Shown one piece after another: positions 19,216 to 28,120 of a stretch of DNA of 40,368 bases. A program made the position numbers and the translations under genes. This stretch comes from Candidatus Woesearchaeota archaeon (GTDB lineage: Archaea; Nanobdellota; Nanobdellia; Woesearchaeales; JACPBV01). How positions within the stretch are numbered: position 1 is the first letter of the stretch; the number at the start of each line of letters is the position of its first letter. The notes under the pieces were generated by a model that saw nothing but the letters and a program-made list of their open reading frames with translations, was not told the origin of the DNA and made no database searches. The stretch spans positions 1 to 40,368 of the forward strand of contig JACPII010000099.1 in the NCBI GenBank assembly GCA_016188175.1, read 5' to 3'.

Positions 19216-19415
19216 CTCCGGCAGATTCTTTTCCCTGAGTATATTTACTCCCCTAGGAAAAAAGGTTTTGATAAAAGGGAACAAGCATATTTATCGTCTG
19301 CATTTACAGGAATTCATTCGCAGTGTTCATTTGACTCCCCAAGCATTTTTTGGCATTCAACCTGCATTGTTGGGTTTACCAATCTAAAAATCATGCCTAC
19401 TCTTTTTCTCTTCAC

Positions 19416-20423
19416 TCACTCAAATTCCCCCAGCGCAGCCTTCCCATACCCCTTCGCTTTTTCAAGCAGTGCGTCCTGGGCTGCTTTGATGTTGGCATCG
19501 CTGCCATTCCATGCCTTTAACGCTGCCCTCTGAAGCGCCCTCCCATAAGAAAAAGTTAATTTCCAGGGGAGCTGGCCCTTGAATTTTTTGTTCATCTCGT
19601 TGAGGTTGCTTGTTGCCGATTCATCGCTCTGGCCGCCGGAGAGGAACGCGATCCCGGGAACTTTCGGGGAGACCAACTCCTTAAAGCATGTGACGGTCAA
19701 ATCTGCAACCTTTTCCGGGGTTGCCTGGTCCGGGCAGGAAGATCCGGAGACAACCATGTTTGGCTTTAAGACCATCCCTTTCAGGTCAACTTTTAATCCT
19801 TTGAGCTCTTTGAACACCGACGCAAGCGTTTGTGCGGTGGCTTCGAGGCATTTTTCGATTGCATGGCTCCCGTCCATCAGCACCTCGGGCTCAACAATCG
19901 GGGTGATATCTGCTTCCTGGCACAATGCAGCATAGCGCGCCAATGCATGGGCGTTTGCCTTGATGCAGGCTTTTGTGGGAATAGCATCTCCGATGGCTAT
20001 CACGGCGCGCCATTTTGCGAACTTTGCGCCCAATGACCGGTACTCCTGCAATCTCTCCCGCAGGCCGTCCAATCCTTCCGTTATCGTTTCGTTGGAGAAC
20101 AGGGCAAGCGGCTTAGCGCCCTTGTCCACCTTTATGCCGGGAAGAATCCCCTGCTGCTCGAGGAGCCTTGGGAATGGAATTCCATCGGCCGTCTTTTGCC
20201 TGATGGTCTCATCAAAAAGGATTGCACCAGAAATGTAATCCCCCAACCCCGGAGCGGTTATGAGGAGCTGCCTGTATTTCCTCCTGTTCTCCTCAGTATT
20301 TTCAACACCGATTTCCTTAAAGCGCTTTTCAATCGTGCCGGTGCTTTCATCCATCGCAAGTATCCCTTTTCCGCCGGCGACCATCGCGAGCGCAGTCTTC
20401 CTGACCTCTTTTGTCATGTGCAT
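19416..20423 (-). CDS. fba: fructose-bisphosphate aldolase, class I
   Basis: GKGILAMDESTGTIEKRF N-terminal signature and full-length class I aldolase pattern (335 aa). Confidence 0.9.
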   Translation of the reverse strand: MHMTKEVRKTALAMVAGGKGILAMDESTGTIEKRFKEIGVENTEENRRKYRQLLITAPGLGDYISGAILFDETIRQKTADGIPFPRLLEQQGILPGIKVDKGAKPLALFSNETITEGLDGLRERLQEYRSLGAKFAKWRAVIAIGDAIPTKACIKANAHALARYAALCQEADITPIVEPEVLMDGSHAIEKCLEATAQTLASVFKELKGLKVDLKGMVLKPNMVVSGSSCPDQATPEKVADLTVTCFKELVSPKVPGIAFLSGGQSDESATSNLNEMNKKFKGQLPWKLTFSYGRALQRAALKAWNGSDANIKAAQDALLEKAKGYGKAALGEFE

Positions 20424-20633
20424 TCCACCCCCTGATTATGAATGATATAATCTCTGGATTGCTGAAATGCCGAGGATATTTATAGTTTGCTATCCTGTTT
20501 GAGGATGGAACTTGCAATCGAGCCTGCCTCGTGACGGCGGAGTATGTCCCGTAATGGAAGGGGGACAGACCCCACAAAATGAGTTCCAGGACAGAATCGC
20601 AACATATAAAAATCATAGGGCATCTTTCTGGTT

Positions 20634-21182
20634 ATGCCTGAGAAAGATCCTACAGACCCCGGAGAATTTTCTTCCCATCAATGCCCCGTCTGCGGAGCAA
20701 AATCCTTGCAGCTGATGGAGGCCGAGCGGGATATTCCTTATTTTGGAAAAGTGTTTCTCTTTTCGATGACCTGCTCGTCCTGCAAGTATCACAAGTCCGA
20801 CGTCGAGTGTGACTCCAAGAAGGACCCTTCACGGTACACGCTTGAAATCGGATCGGAAGCAGACCTGAAAGTCCGTGTTGTCAAATCGGCTGAGGCTACC
20901 GTGAAGATACCTTACATCACGACCATCACTCCGGGGCCTGCGTCACAGGGGTATGTCACGAACGTCGAGGGCATCCTGCAGCGCGTAAAAAACGAGATTG
21001 AGGCGGTCCGTGATACAACTGATGATGATGGGGAAAGGCAGGAGGCCAAAAACCTCATCAAAAAGCTCATCAACATCATGTGGGGGAAGCAGAAGCAAAA
21101 GGTAATCATCGAGGACCCTTCCGGGAACAGCGCGATCATCTCTGATAGAGCCATTGTGGAGAAAATGAAGGCGAGCAAATAA
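20634..21182 (+). CDS. ZPR1-type zinc-finger protein
   Basis: CPVCG..(27 aa)..CSSC zinc ribbon followed by a ZPR1 A-domain-like beta region. TATA-like CATATAAAAAT lies about 25 nt upstream of the ATG. Confidence 0.8.
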   Translation: MPEKDPTDPGEFSSHQCPVCGAKSLQLMEAERDIPYFGKVFLFSMTCSSCKYHKSDVECDSKKDPSRYTLEIGSEADLKVRVVKSAEATVKIPYITTITPGPASQGYVTNVEGILQRVKNEIEAVRDTTDDDGERQEAKNLIKKLINIMWGKQKQKVIIEDPSGNSAIISDRAIVEKMKASK

Positions 21183-21242
21183 TGCCCCCTTGTTGGGGAA
21201 AAAATATCCTTTTATGTTCTCTTTCTATTTTTTTGAGATGCG

Positions 21243-21926
21243 CTAGTGATGCCCCCCTCCATCATCGTCCGAGCTGAACATATAGATGACGAGCGTTAGA
21301 AGTATCATGGTGAAGATGATAACTCCCTGATAGGTGGAATCGGTCAGCCAGTCGGGAAGCTGCTGGAACCAGCCCCTTGCGACGCCGAAGAAATAGAGGA
21401 CGACGATAAAGGCGGCGACGGTGATCCCTCCCTGGACCATCCCCTCGATCTTTGTCCCTTTGCTGAAAAAGTTCATGATAAGCAGGACAACAGCAAGCCC
21501 GAGGAGCAGGGGGGACATATCGGGGTAGACAAAAATGACATAGATTACAGCTGCGGTTAGGACAACGCCTCCTGTTGCGTACATGGGCTTATTTGCAACC
21601 TGGCCGCCCAGGACGCCCATGATGATAAGGGCGCCAATCGCAGCGATGATGATGATAGAAATGCTGGGGATGACCTCGTTGAAGATTTCCACGGGATCCA
21701 TGTTCGCGGGGTAGAGGCCGGTGACGTGGGGTATGATGACCAGCAGGGCGACCACGAGGGCCAGGACGAGGTTGAGCTTGTCCCTGTCCTTTCCGAGAAT
21801 ATTGGTCTTGTGAAGGACTGCAAAGAAGACGACGAAAACCAGCAGGAAGGGGAGCATCACATCACGCAAGCCCCAGCTGTCGAGAATCCTTACAAATTCC
21901 TCAAGCTGAAATGCACGGGAGGCCAT
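21243..21926 (-). CDS. polytopic membrane protein, unknown function
   Basis: 227 aa with about six hydrophobic helices. Confidence 0.6.
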   Translation of the reverse strand: MASRAFQLEEFVRILDSWGLRDVMLPFLLVFVVFFAVLHKTNILGKDRDKLNLVLALVVALLVIIPHVTGLYPANMDPVEIFNEVIPSISIIIIAAIGALIIMGVLGGQVANKPMYATGGVVLTAAVIYVIFVYPDMSPLLLGLAVVLLIMNFFSKGTKIEGMVQGGITVAAFIVVLYFFGVARGWFQQLPDWLTDSTYQGVIIFTMILLTLVIYMFSSDDDGGGHH

Positions 21927-22066
21927 TACCCCGTTTTCTGCAAGAAGTGTTTATAAATCTTTTGAGGGGGAAATTGGGATTCCGCGGCTTTGGTTCAATC
22001 TTTCAATTATAGCGAGGGCCTTTAATAATCGTAACTTTGGTTACCTGCAAAAAGTCACTTGCTTAT

Positions 22067-22267
22067 TAGGAAAGGACATCACTTTAGTTTGAATAAAGAT
22101 ATTCCATCAGTTTTTAACTTATGGTGTAATCCTGCCGGAAATGTAGCGGGAATATCTTTATTCTCAGAAATCCGACCGAGCGACCGGAGGGAGCGAGCAA
22201 TCCCCCCATCTATGACGGGGGTGTCGGATTTCTGTTGAAAACATACGAAAATTAATGTCCTTTCCTA
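22067..22267 (+). ncRNA. ~200-nt multi-helix structured element of unknown class (three-way junction); strand uncertain
   Basis: Closing helix TAGGAAAGGACAT (22067-22079) / ATGTCCTTTCCTA (22255-22267). Perfect 15-bp hairpin GAATAAAGATATTCC (22091-22105) / GGAATATCTTTATTC (22149-22163). 12-bp hairpin CAGAAATCCGAC (22165-22176) / GTCGGATTTCTG (22223-22234). No ORF and no flanking direct repeat. Confidence 0.5.
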
Positions 22268-22299
22268 TAGTGTCTGGCCGGGGGGGAAGAACCAAAATA

Positions 22300-23400
22300 C
22301 TATCTTTTTTTCCACCTTCCACAGCTTACTAATAAATATGGGGGCACATCTAGATGGGATTCATTCAGCCATCCGATATATCTTTTAAGGACGTTGTGAA
22401 CAGTTTTGAGATGACATCCCAACAGATCTGCAGCTCGTGTTCTATTCCCATCACTTTCACGTAATGCCTGATCTATCAGGAGAAACTGAATTTTATTGTA
22501 ACCGACTGTCGTACAATATTCCATAAGGTTCCGAATAGCTTTTCGCCCATTTGATAAATCCCCTTCGGGAGTCCCTGCAAGAACAGGATCCGGAAGAGCA
22601 TCCGCCCTTATCGTGAAGTCTTCCCCCATCAGGATTACTGCTCGCCCAACAATGTTTTTTAGCTCCCTGACATTTCCGGGGAAGGAATAGGATTGAAGAA
22701 TTTCGAGGAATCGTTTATCTACCGTGACGGGTTTCCCATCGATATCAACCCTCGGGGATTCTTCGTAAATACCCGAAACCTTGGCGACTCCCAGGGTGGG
22801 GCGGTACTCATTGAGGAATAGCTTGACGAAATGATATACTAATGGCCTAATATCCCCGGGCCTCTCTCTCAGGGGCGGTATACTTATCCCAAATTCGTTC
22901 AAGCGATAGAAAAGGGCGTCAATGAGGGTTCCATCCTCTTTCCCACCTGGTAGATTCTTACACGTTGCAGCCACAATCCTAACATTAAATGTGGAGGATG
23001 CTGCGCTTCCCACCCTGTAAAATTCCCTCTGCTCCAGAGCCCTCAATATTTTTCGCTGGGATTCAACGTCCATGTCTCCAATTTCATCGAGAAAAATTGT
23101 GCCGTCGCCAGCCCCCTCAAATAGCCCCGCCCTATCCCTCAAGGCACCGGTATAGGCACCATGGACACTGCCAAACAATTCAGACTCTACAAGGGTGGGT
23201 TGTATGGCGGTGCAATTGACGGCAACAAACGGGCTATCTCTACGGCCGCTAAATCGGTGGATAGCTCTTGCAACAAGCTCTTTTCCTGTCCCCGTTTCAC
23301 CGGCGATAAGGACGTTCGCATCAGTTGGAGCAACCTTGCGGATATATTCAATAACATCGCCCCCCATCGTCCCAACAATCCCATCAATTGTTTCTGGCAT
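22300..23400 (-). CDS. sigma54-interaction-domain AAA+ activator (bacterial enhancer-binding-protein type) with C-terminal Fis-type HTH and no N-terminal sensor domain
   Basis: Walker A GETGTGKE, ESELFG, GAFTGA-type loop (GAYTGA), Walker B GTIFLDEIG, R-finger region QRKILRALEQREFYRVG, sensor II VRELKN, and HTH NRTRAADLLGCHLKTVHNVLKRY. Confidence 0.85.
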   Translation of the reverse strand: MPETIDGIVGTMGGDVIEYIRKVAPTDANVLIAGETGTGKELVARAIHRFSGRRDSPFVAVNCTAIQPTLVESELFGSVHGAYTGALRDRAGLFEGAGDGTIFLDEIGDMDVESQRKILRALEQREFYRVGSAASSTFNVRIVAATCKNLPGGKEDGTLIDALFYRLNEFGISIPPLRERPGDIRPLVYHFVKLFLNEYRPTLGVAKVSGIYEESPRVDIDGKPVTVDKRFLEILQSYSFPGNVRELKNIVGRAVILMGEDFTIRADALPDPVLAGTPEGDLSNGRKAIRNLMEYCTTVGYNKIQFLLIDQALRESDGNRTRAADLLGCHLKTVHNVLKRYIGWLNESHLDVPPYLLVSCGRWKKR

Positions 23401-23569
23401 CAGGGAAGGGATTTATGAAATTATTATAAGCCTTTCCATTATATTTAGGCTCGGGATAGGAAAGAACCCTTAGCGGACTTCAGTCCGCAGTAGTTTAGAA
23501 TGTTTTAGTATGTGCTTATCCATTTAGGATAATCCTTTCCCAATAACGACCAGTTCCCCTATAATTTTC

Positions 23570-23938
23570 TTAAAACAGGTAATTTCTCACAGCATTCCCG
23601 CCTTCCCGAATCAGCTCTTGGGCAAACGGGGGAAGCAGCTCAGGAGCCCATTCGCCTAGATTGTAAGCGATAAATCCCCCAATTCCTGCAACCGCTGCTC
23701 TTCCCAAACGCCCGGGAACCTGACGTAACGACCGGTTCCTGTCCATCGCAATGCTCCAAATCCCGGTTGCAAACCCCGTAAGATAGTCAAGATTGGGAAA
23801 AAGGTTACCCGATGCTGCAATAGTTGCTATGCCCCCCGCAAGGCCGGCAGCCCCCGAAAGTAAAATCCCATTCAATCCTTGTCTTGTGAGAAAACTGCCT
23901 TGAGGTTCATCTCCATCTTCATTCTGTCCATCGGCCAT
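23570..23938 (-). CDS. glycine-rich small membrane protein
   Basis: 122 aa with Gly/Ala-rich hydrophobic segments (LLSGAAGLAGGIATIAASG, AAVAGIGGFIAY). Confidence 0.45.
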   Translation of the reverse strand: MADGQNEDGDEPQGSFLTRQGLNGILLSGAAGLAGGIATIAASGNLFPNLDYLTGFATGIWSIAMDRNRSLRQVPGRLGRAAVAGIGGFIAYNLGEWAPELLPPFAQELIREGGNAVRNYLF

Positions 23939-24147
23939 ACCCGAGAGGAACCAAAATCTATTTAAAAATATAGGGGATATCGCAACGGCGCAAAGCTGGA
24001 TGCTTAGAAGAAATATATTGGCCGTAAAGCGTTTATTATCATTCTCGAGCGTTAGGATCTTTTTTTATTGTCCCACACCTGGGAATATCTCCGCAGCAAC
24101 AAGAAAGAGAATTATCTACCCCCTATATTTCTCCTGCCCCACCATCT

Positions 24148-25212
24148 CTAATTCCTATACTTCTCCTGGCTTATCATCATATCAGCCAGCACAATCGCCA
24201 TCATCGCTTCTGCAACCGGAACAGCCCTTATGGCAACACAGGGATCATGCCTCCCAAATACCCGGACCGATGTCTTTTTTCCATTAACGGTGATGGTTTC
24301 CTGCTCTTTCGTGATGGAAGATGCCGGTTTGACCGCGATTCTCACGATGATAGGCATCCCGTTGGAAATTCCGCCCAAAATGCCGCCGGCATTATTCGTC
24401 TTGGTAAGAACCTTGTTCCCTTTCTTGAAAAAGAGGTCATTGTTTTGGGAACCTTTCATCCTTGCAGCCTGGAACCCGGCCCCGATTTCGACCCCTTTGA
24501 CTGCATTGATGGTTAACATTGCCTTCCCGATGCCTGCGCTGAGCTTGTCAAATACCGGATCCCCAAACCCGGGTGGAACTCCGAGGGCAACAACCTCGAC
24601 AATCCCCCCCAGAGAGTCTCCTTCCTTCCTGACTTTCTCGATGAGCCTCTCCATTTTTTTGGCAGCAGCTTTATCCGGGCAATTGACTCGATTCCTGGTT
24701 ATTTCCTTATAATCAGCCTTCTTTGCAGCTATTCCTCCGATTTCTTTGATATATCCTATAATCTTGATCCCTTTCTTAGCGAGCATCTTCTTTGCGATTG
24801 CCCCGGCACCGACCCAATTGGCCGTTTCCCGGGCAGATTGCCTTCCGCCACCGCGGTAATCCCGAAATCCATATTTCGAAAAGAAGGTAAAGTCGGCATG
24901 CCCCGGCCGGAAGAGATTCTTGATAGATTCATAAGATTTTGATTGTGCATCGTTGTTCCGGATAAGGAGCGCGATCGGCATCCCTGTTGTCTTTCCCTCA
25001 AAAATGCCGCTGAGGATCTCTACCTGGTCTGATTCCCTTCTTGGAGAGACGAGCTTGTTCTGCCCAGGCCTCCTCCGGTCAAGCTCACGCTGGATTTCCT
25101 CCCGGGAGATGGGAAGGCCCGGCTTAACCCCGTCAATAACGGCTCCGATGGCTGGGCCATGAGATTCTCCAAATGTAGTTACCTTCAATGAGGTTCCAAA
25201 AGTGTTTCCCAT
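24148..25212 (-). CDS. aroC: chorismate synthase
   Basis: MGNTFGTSLKVTTFGESHGPAIG N-terminus, plus GRHDPC and RPGHAD motifs. Start set at ATG 25212, 1 nt after the aroK stop. Confidence 0.95.
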   Translation of the reverse strand: MGNTFGTSLKVTTFGESHGPAIGAVIDGVKPGLPISREEIQRELDRRRPGQNKLVSPRRESDQVEILSGIFEGKTTGMPIALLIRNNDAQSKSYESIKNLFRPGHADFTFFSKYGFRDYRGGGRQSARETANWVGAGAIAKKMLAKKGIKIIGYIKEIGGIAAKKADYKEITRNRVNCPDKAAAKKMERLIEKVRKEGDSLGGIVEVVALGVPPGFGDPVFDKLSAGIGKAMLTINAVKGVEIGAGFQAARMKGSQNNDLFFKKGNKVLTKTNNAGGILGGISNGMPIIVRIAVKPASSITKEQETITVNGKKTSVRVFGRHDPCVAIRAVPVAEAMMAIVLADMMISQEKYRN

Positions 25213-25213
25213 A

Positions 25214-25807
25214 TTATCTCTCCCGCCTGCAAAGCCCCTGAATGACCTTTTCAACGTTTTTTCCAAGAGGGTCGTCCTTCAAGGAAACGATAATATCTGC
25301 CAGCTGATTATATACAGCTTTCCTTTCTTTGAATAATGCTGTGAAGCTTTTGAGGGGATTCTTAGCGTCTATGATCGGCGGAATTCCGCGCTTAACCATA
25401 CGCCTGAATAGCACCCCCGGCTCAACATCGAGGAAAACGACCGTCCCGATGTTTTTGAGCTTCTGCCTGTTTTTTCTCAGCACGGGAGCCCCTCCTCCGG
25501 TCGCAAGGATAATGTTCTTATGCTTCCCCAGTTTTATTATCGCATGGTGCTCGGTGTTCCTGAAATGCCCTTTTCCGTGCTTTTGGTAAATCTCACGGAT
25601 GGATAGGTCCGTCCCTTTGAGTCTCTTATGGATCTCCCTTATGATATCATCCAGATCAATGAACTTTTTCTTGAGGAGTTTGGCGATTCCTTTCCCGATG
25701 GATGTCTTTCCCGACCCCTTGAACCCGATGAGGATGATGTTGTTTTTGGTGCCTTTCCCATCGTTATTCGGCCCATTTCCATGTTTTCTATAGGATATCT
25801 TGGACAT
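25214..25807 (-). CDS. aroK: shikimate kinase, bacterial AroK/AroL (P-loop) type
   Basis: IILIGFKGSGKTSIGKGIAKLLKKKFIDLDD and GGGAP motifs. The track ORF extends to 26005, but that extension overlaps the divergent gene, so ATG 25807 (MSKISYRK) is used. Confidence 0.85.
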   Translation of the reverse strand: MSKISYRKHGNGPNNDGKGTKNNIILIGFKGSGKTSIGKGIAKLLKKKFIDLDDIIREIHKRLKGTDLSIREIYQKHGKGHFRNTEHHAIIKLGKHKNIILATGGGAPVLRKNRQKLKNIGTVVFLDVEPGVLFRRMVKRGIPPIIDAKNPLKSFTALFKERKAVYNQLADIIVSLKDDPLGKNVEKVIQGLCRRER

Positions 25808-25897
25808 AATGAATTTTGAAGGGCGCAACAATAAAAAGGTTTTGGAATAAAAGCAAAAAACAGGAAGATATAAAAAGCTGGCAGGCTCACCCCGGCC

Positions 25898-27490
25898 ATG
25901 GCAATCGGGGGAAAAAGAGGTGCTTCGTTCGGCACCATCGTGGCCGTTTTCGGCACCGTGCTCATCGCCCTTGGCTTTGCATGGCTTATCGCCCAGAACT
26001 GGCATCAGTTCGCGAATGGGGTTAAGATTGCCATCCTTTTTGCAGTTATTGCTGTCTCCTTCCTCTCGGGAGGATTTTTTTCACGGAAAGGCCATGCAGG
26101 GATCGGGAAGTCCCTCTATGCCTTAGGTGGCTTATTCCACACCCTTACCGTGTTTCTTATCGCCCAGATCTACCATTTTGATGTTTCCATCCAAGGTATT
26201 GCGTTCTTGTTCCTCCTCTCCTGGCTTGGCGTTTTGCTGTCTGCTTATATCCTCCGCTCCTGGCCGAATCTTGTCATCGCTCTTGTTGAATTTCTTGTCT
26301 GGTTAGTTGTCCAGTTTTTGGCGTTCTCGGATTTTTACCGGATGAAGGCCGCGCCAGGTATTTTGGCGTTCTACTTCCTCTTTTCCGGGCTCCTCTTTTA
26401 CGGCCTTTACCTGATCCACAAAGCCAGGGGCCACCCTTTTTCGACGGCCTATCAGTTTTGGACGGTATTCTATATCCTCGCGTTTGGGTATTTCCTTTCT
26501 TTCCAGACCCTCCTTCCCCACTATTGGCCTGCCGATGCAGAGAGGAGCGCCCCCGCTCTTGCATTGTTATCCCTTCTTGGAGCAGCCTCCGTTATTTCTG
26601 TTGTCTTTGGAGTTCGTGCCGGTTTAACAAAAAAATTTCTTCATAAGAAAGAAATCGTTGGAGTTGTGATTACAGTTGTTGTGCTGGGATTCCTCATTGC
26701 CCTGACTGCTGCAACATCAAATAAAGTCGGGGGCTGTTCAACGAAAACCTGCTTTGGCCGGGAAAACAAACAAGAATGTGAAAATGGATTACCGCCCATT
26801 TCGGAAAATGGCTGCATATGGGAACGGCAGCGCTGCATCGATGAGAGAAGTTCCTGCTCCAGCATCGAAAACAAAACAAAATGTGAAAAAAGTGCCAGGC
26901 CAAAATGCTTTTGGATCGGTGACTACTGCCAGGCAGAAGATTGCCGGAAATACTACCAGAGCGAACAGGAATGCAACAACTCATCGTTGTCCTGTGTTTG
27001 GGAAAACGGAGGTTGCCAGGAAATGCAATGTTACCGGTTCACGACGGAAAGCGAATGCGAAAAAGACTCCAATGCCATCCGCTGCTCTTGGGAACACCAA
27101 TCCTGCGATTCGTATGACCCTTGCAGCGAATTTGACAACCAATACGGGCAGTGCAACGCAGAATCTTCCTGCCAATGGAACTCCGGATACTATCGCAGGG
27201 ATAGCAAGCCCCTCATCTTATGGGTCGTTTGGATTTTCATCAATGTGGCATTCATCGCCATCATCCTCGGGATCATCGCCTATGGGACATGGCAGAAAAC
27301 CCCGCGCATCATCAACCTCGGTATTGCCTTCTTTGCATTAGACATCGTCACCAGGTATATCGGGTTTATCGAGGACTTGTGGGGCTATACGAGCCTTGCC
27401 ATCATCTTCATCACGGGAGGAATACTCCTCGTGTTTGGCGGCTGGGGTATTGAAAAATGGAGGAGGAAGTTAGTAAAAAAAGCAGCATGA
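25898..27490 (+). CDS. DUF2157-like polytopic membrane protein with an inserted Cys-rich tandem-repeat ectodomain
   Basis: Multiple TM helices lie on both sides of a ~155-aa segment (nt 26733-27195). That segment has five ~25-30-aa repeats of the pattern C-x(6-9)-(E/Q)C-x(5-10)-C-x-W-x(4-5)-C. Confidence 0.65.
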   Translation: MAIGGKRGASFGTIVAVFGTVLIALGFAWLIAQNWHQFANGVKIAILFAVIAVSFLSGGFFSRKGHAGIGKSLYALGGLFHTLTVFLIAQIYHFDVSIQGIAFLFLLSWLGVLLSAYILRSWPNLVIALVEFLVWLVVQFLAFSDFYRMKAAPGILAFYFLFSGLLFYGLYLIHKARGHPFSTAYQFWTVFYILAFGYFLSFQTLLPHYWPADAERSAPALALLSLLGAASVISVVFGVRAGLTKKFLHKKEIVGVVITVVVLGFLIALTAATSNKVGGCSTKTCFGRENKQECENGLPPISENGCIWERQRCIDERSSCSSIENKTKCEKSARPKCFWIGDYCQAEDCRKYYQSEQECNNSSLSCVWENGGCQEMQCYRFTTESECEKDSNAIRCSWEHQSCDSYDPCSEFDNQYGQCNAESSCQWNSGYYRRDSKPLILWVVWIFINVAFIAIILGIIAYGTWQKTPRIINLGIAFFALDIVTRYIGFIEDLWGYTSLAIIFITGGILLVFGGWGIEKWRRKLVKKAA

Positions 27491-28008
27491 AAGCGCAAAA
27501 GGAACTTTTTGCTGTCGCATCTTCTTTTATCCTATTAGGCTTCCTTATCGTCTTTATGGGCTTTCCCTTATGGTTTGGTAAAACGATCATCCTTCAGACG
27601 GTTCCGGTTGACCCCTTTGATCCCTTCAGGGGGCAGTATCTGTCAATCAGGTACAACATCTCTACCATTCCCGAGATTGAAAGTTCAAAACCGGGGGATG
27701 CTATCTATCTTGTCTTGACGCCGGATAAAGATGGCGTTTATCAATATGCCCGGCATTCCCCCGAAAAGCCCGTCGTCCAGGACCAAGGTGTTGTTATCAA
27801 AGGCGAAATAGAATCCTCAGAGGATGGCCGGACAACAATCACTTATGGGATCGAGCAGTTCTTCTTTGAAAGGGGTGCGCAATTCCCGCTTACCAACCTG
27901 ACCGTTGAAGCAAAGGTCGATTCCTGGGGAAGGGCGAAAGTAGTTCAACTCCTGCACAACAAAAAGCCGATTGAGTATAAGTTTCGGGAGCCGACGTTAT
28001 TCTCTTAG
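27487..28008 (+). CDS. GDYXXLXY-domain protein (usual partner of DUF2157)
   Basis: N-terminal TM helix, then VPVDPFDPFRGQYLSIRY, a GDYxxLxY-type motif. ATGA start/stop overlap with the upstream gene at 27487-27490. Confidence 0.65.
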   Translation: MKAQKELFAVASSFILLGFLIVFMGFPLWFGKTIILQTVPVDPFDPFRGQYLSIRYNISTIPEIESSKPGDAIYLVLTPDKDGVYQYARHSPEKPVVQDQGVVIKGEIESSEDGRTTITYGIEQFFFERGAQFPLTNLTVEAKVDSWGRAKVVQLLHNKKPIEYKFREPTLFS

Positions 28009-28120
28009 CGGGAGCAGAATGGGGTATGGTCAGTAAACCTACGCTCCGAGCCAAAATAAGTTATGCCGCGTAACGGGACCAGAATGGTAATAGGTTAGCC
28101 GGCTGAAGTGACTTAACCAA

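Noticed and set aside
20540-20580. The hairpin GTCCC-GTAATGGAAG-GGGGAC followed by AGACCCC as a fragment of the family-A MITE core
   Set aside because: It shows only loose resemblance to GTCCCCGTAAGGGACGACCCCCC. There are no TIRs or target duplication, and it lies in the fba/ZPR1 divergent promoter region.
22067-22267. The element as a (possibly permuted) SRP/7S RNA, because of UGUAAUCC and a CC-GGAG-GG loop flanked by long helices
   Set aside because: It is too small for archaeal Alu plus S domains (about 43-nt and 55-nt apical regions). The GGAG hairpin has only 2 bp, because the flanking arms are mirror repeats rather than complementary. The helix-8 consensus (..AGG.CCGGAAGG.AGCA..) is not matched. 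This needs a covariance-model search before any such claim.
25808-26005. N-terminal 66-aa extension of the shikimate kinase ORF
   Set aside because: The extension overlaps the divergent DUF2157 gene start and has no similarity to AroK. The internal Met 25807 yields the normal AroK N-terminus a few residues before the P-loop.
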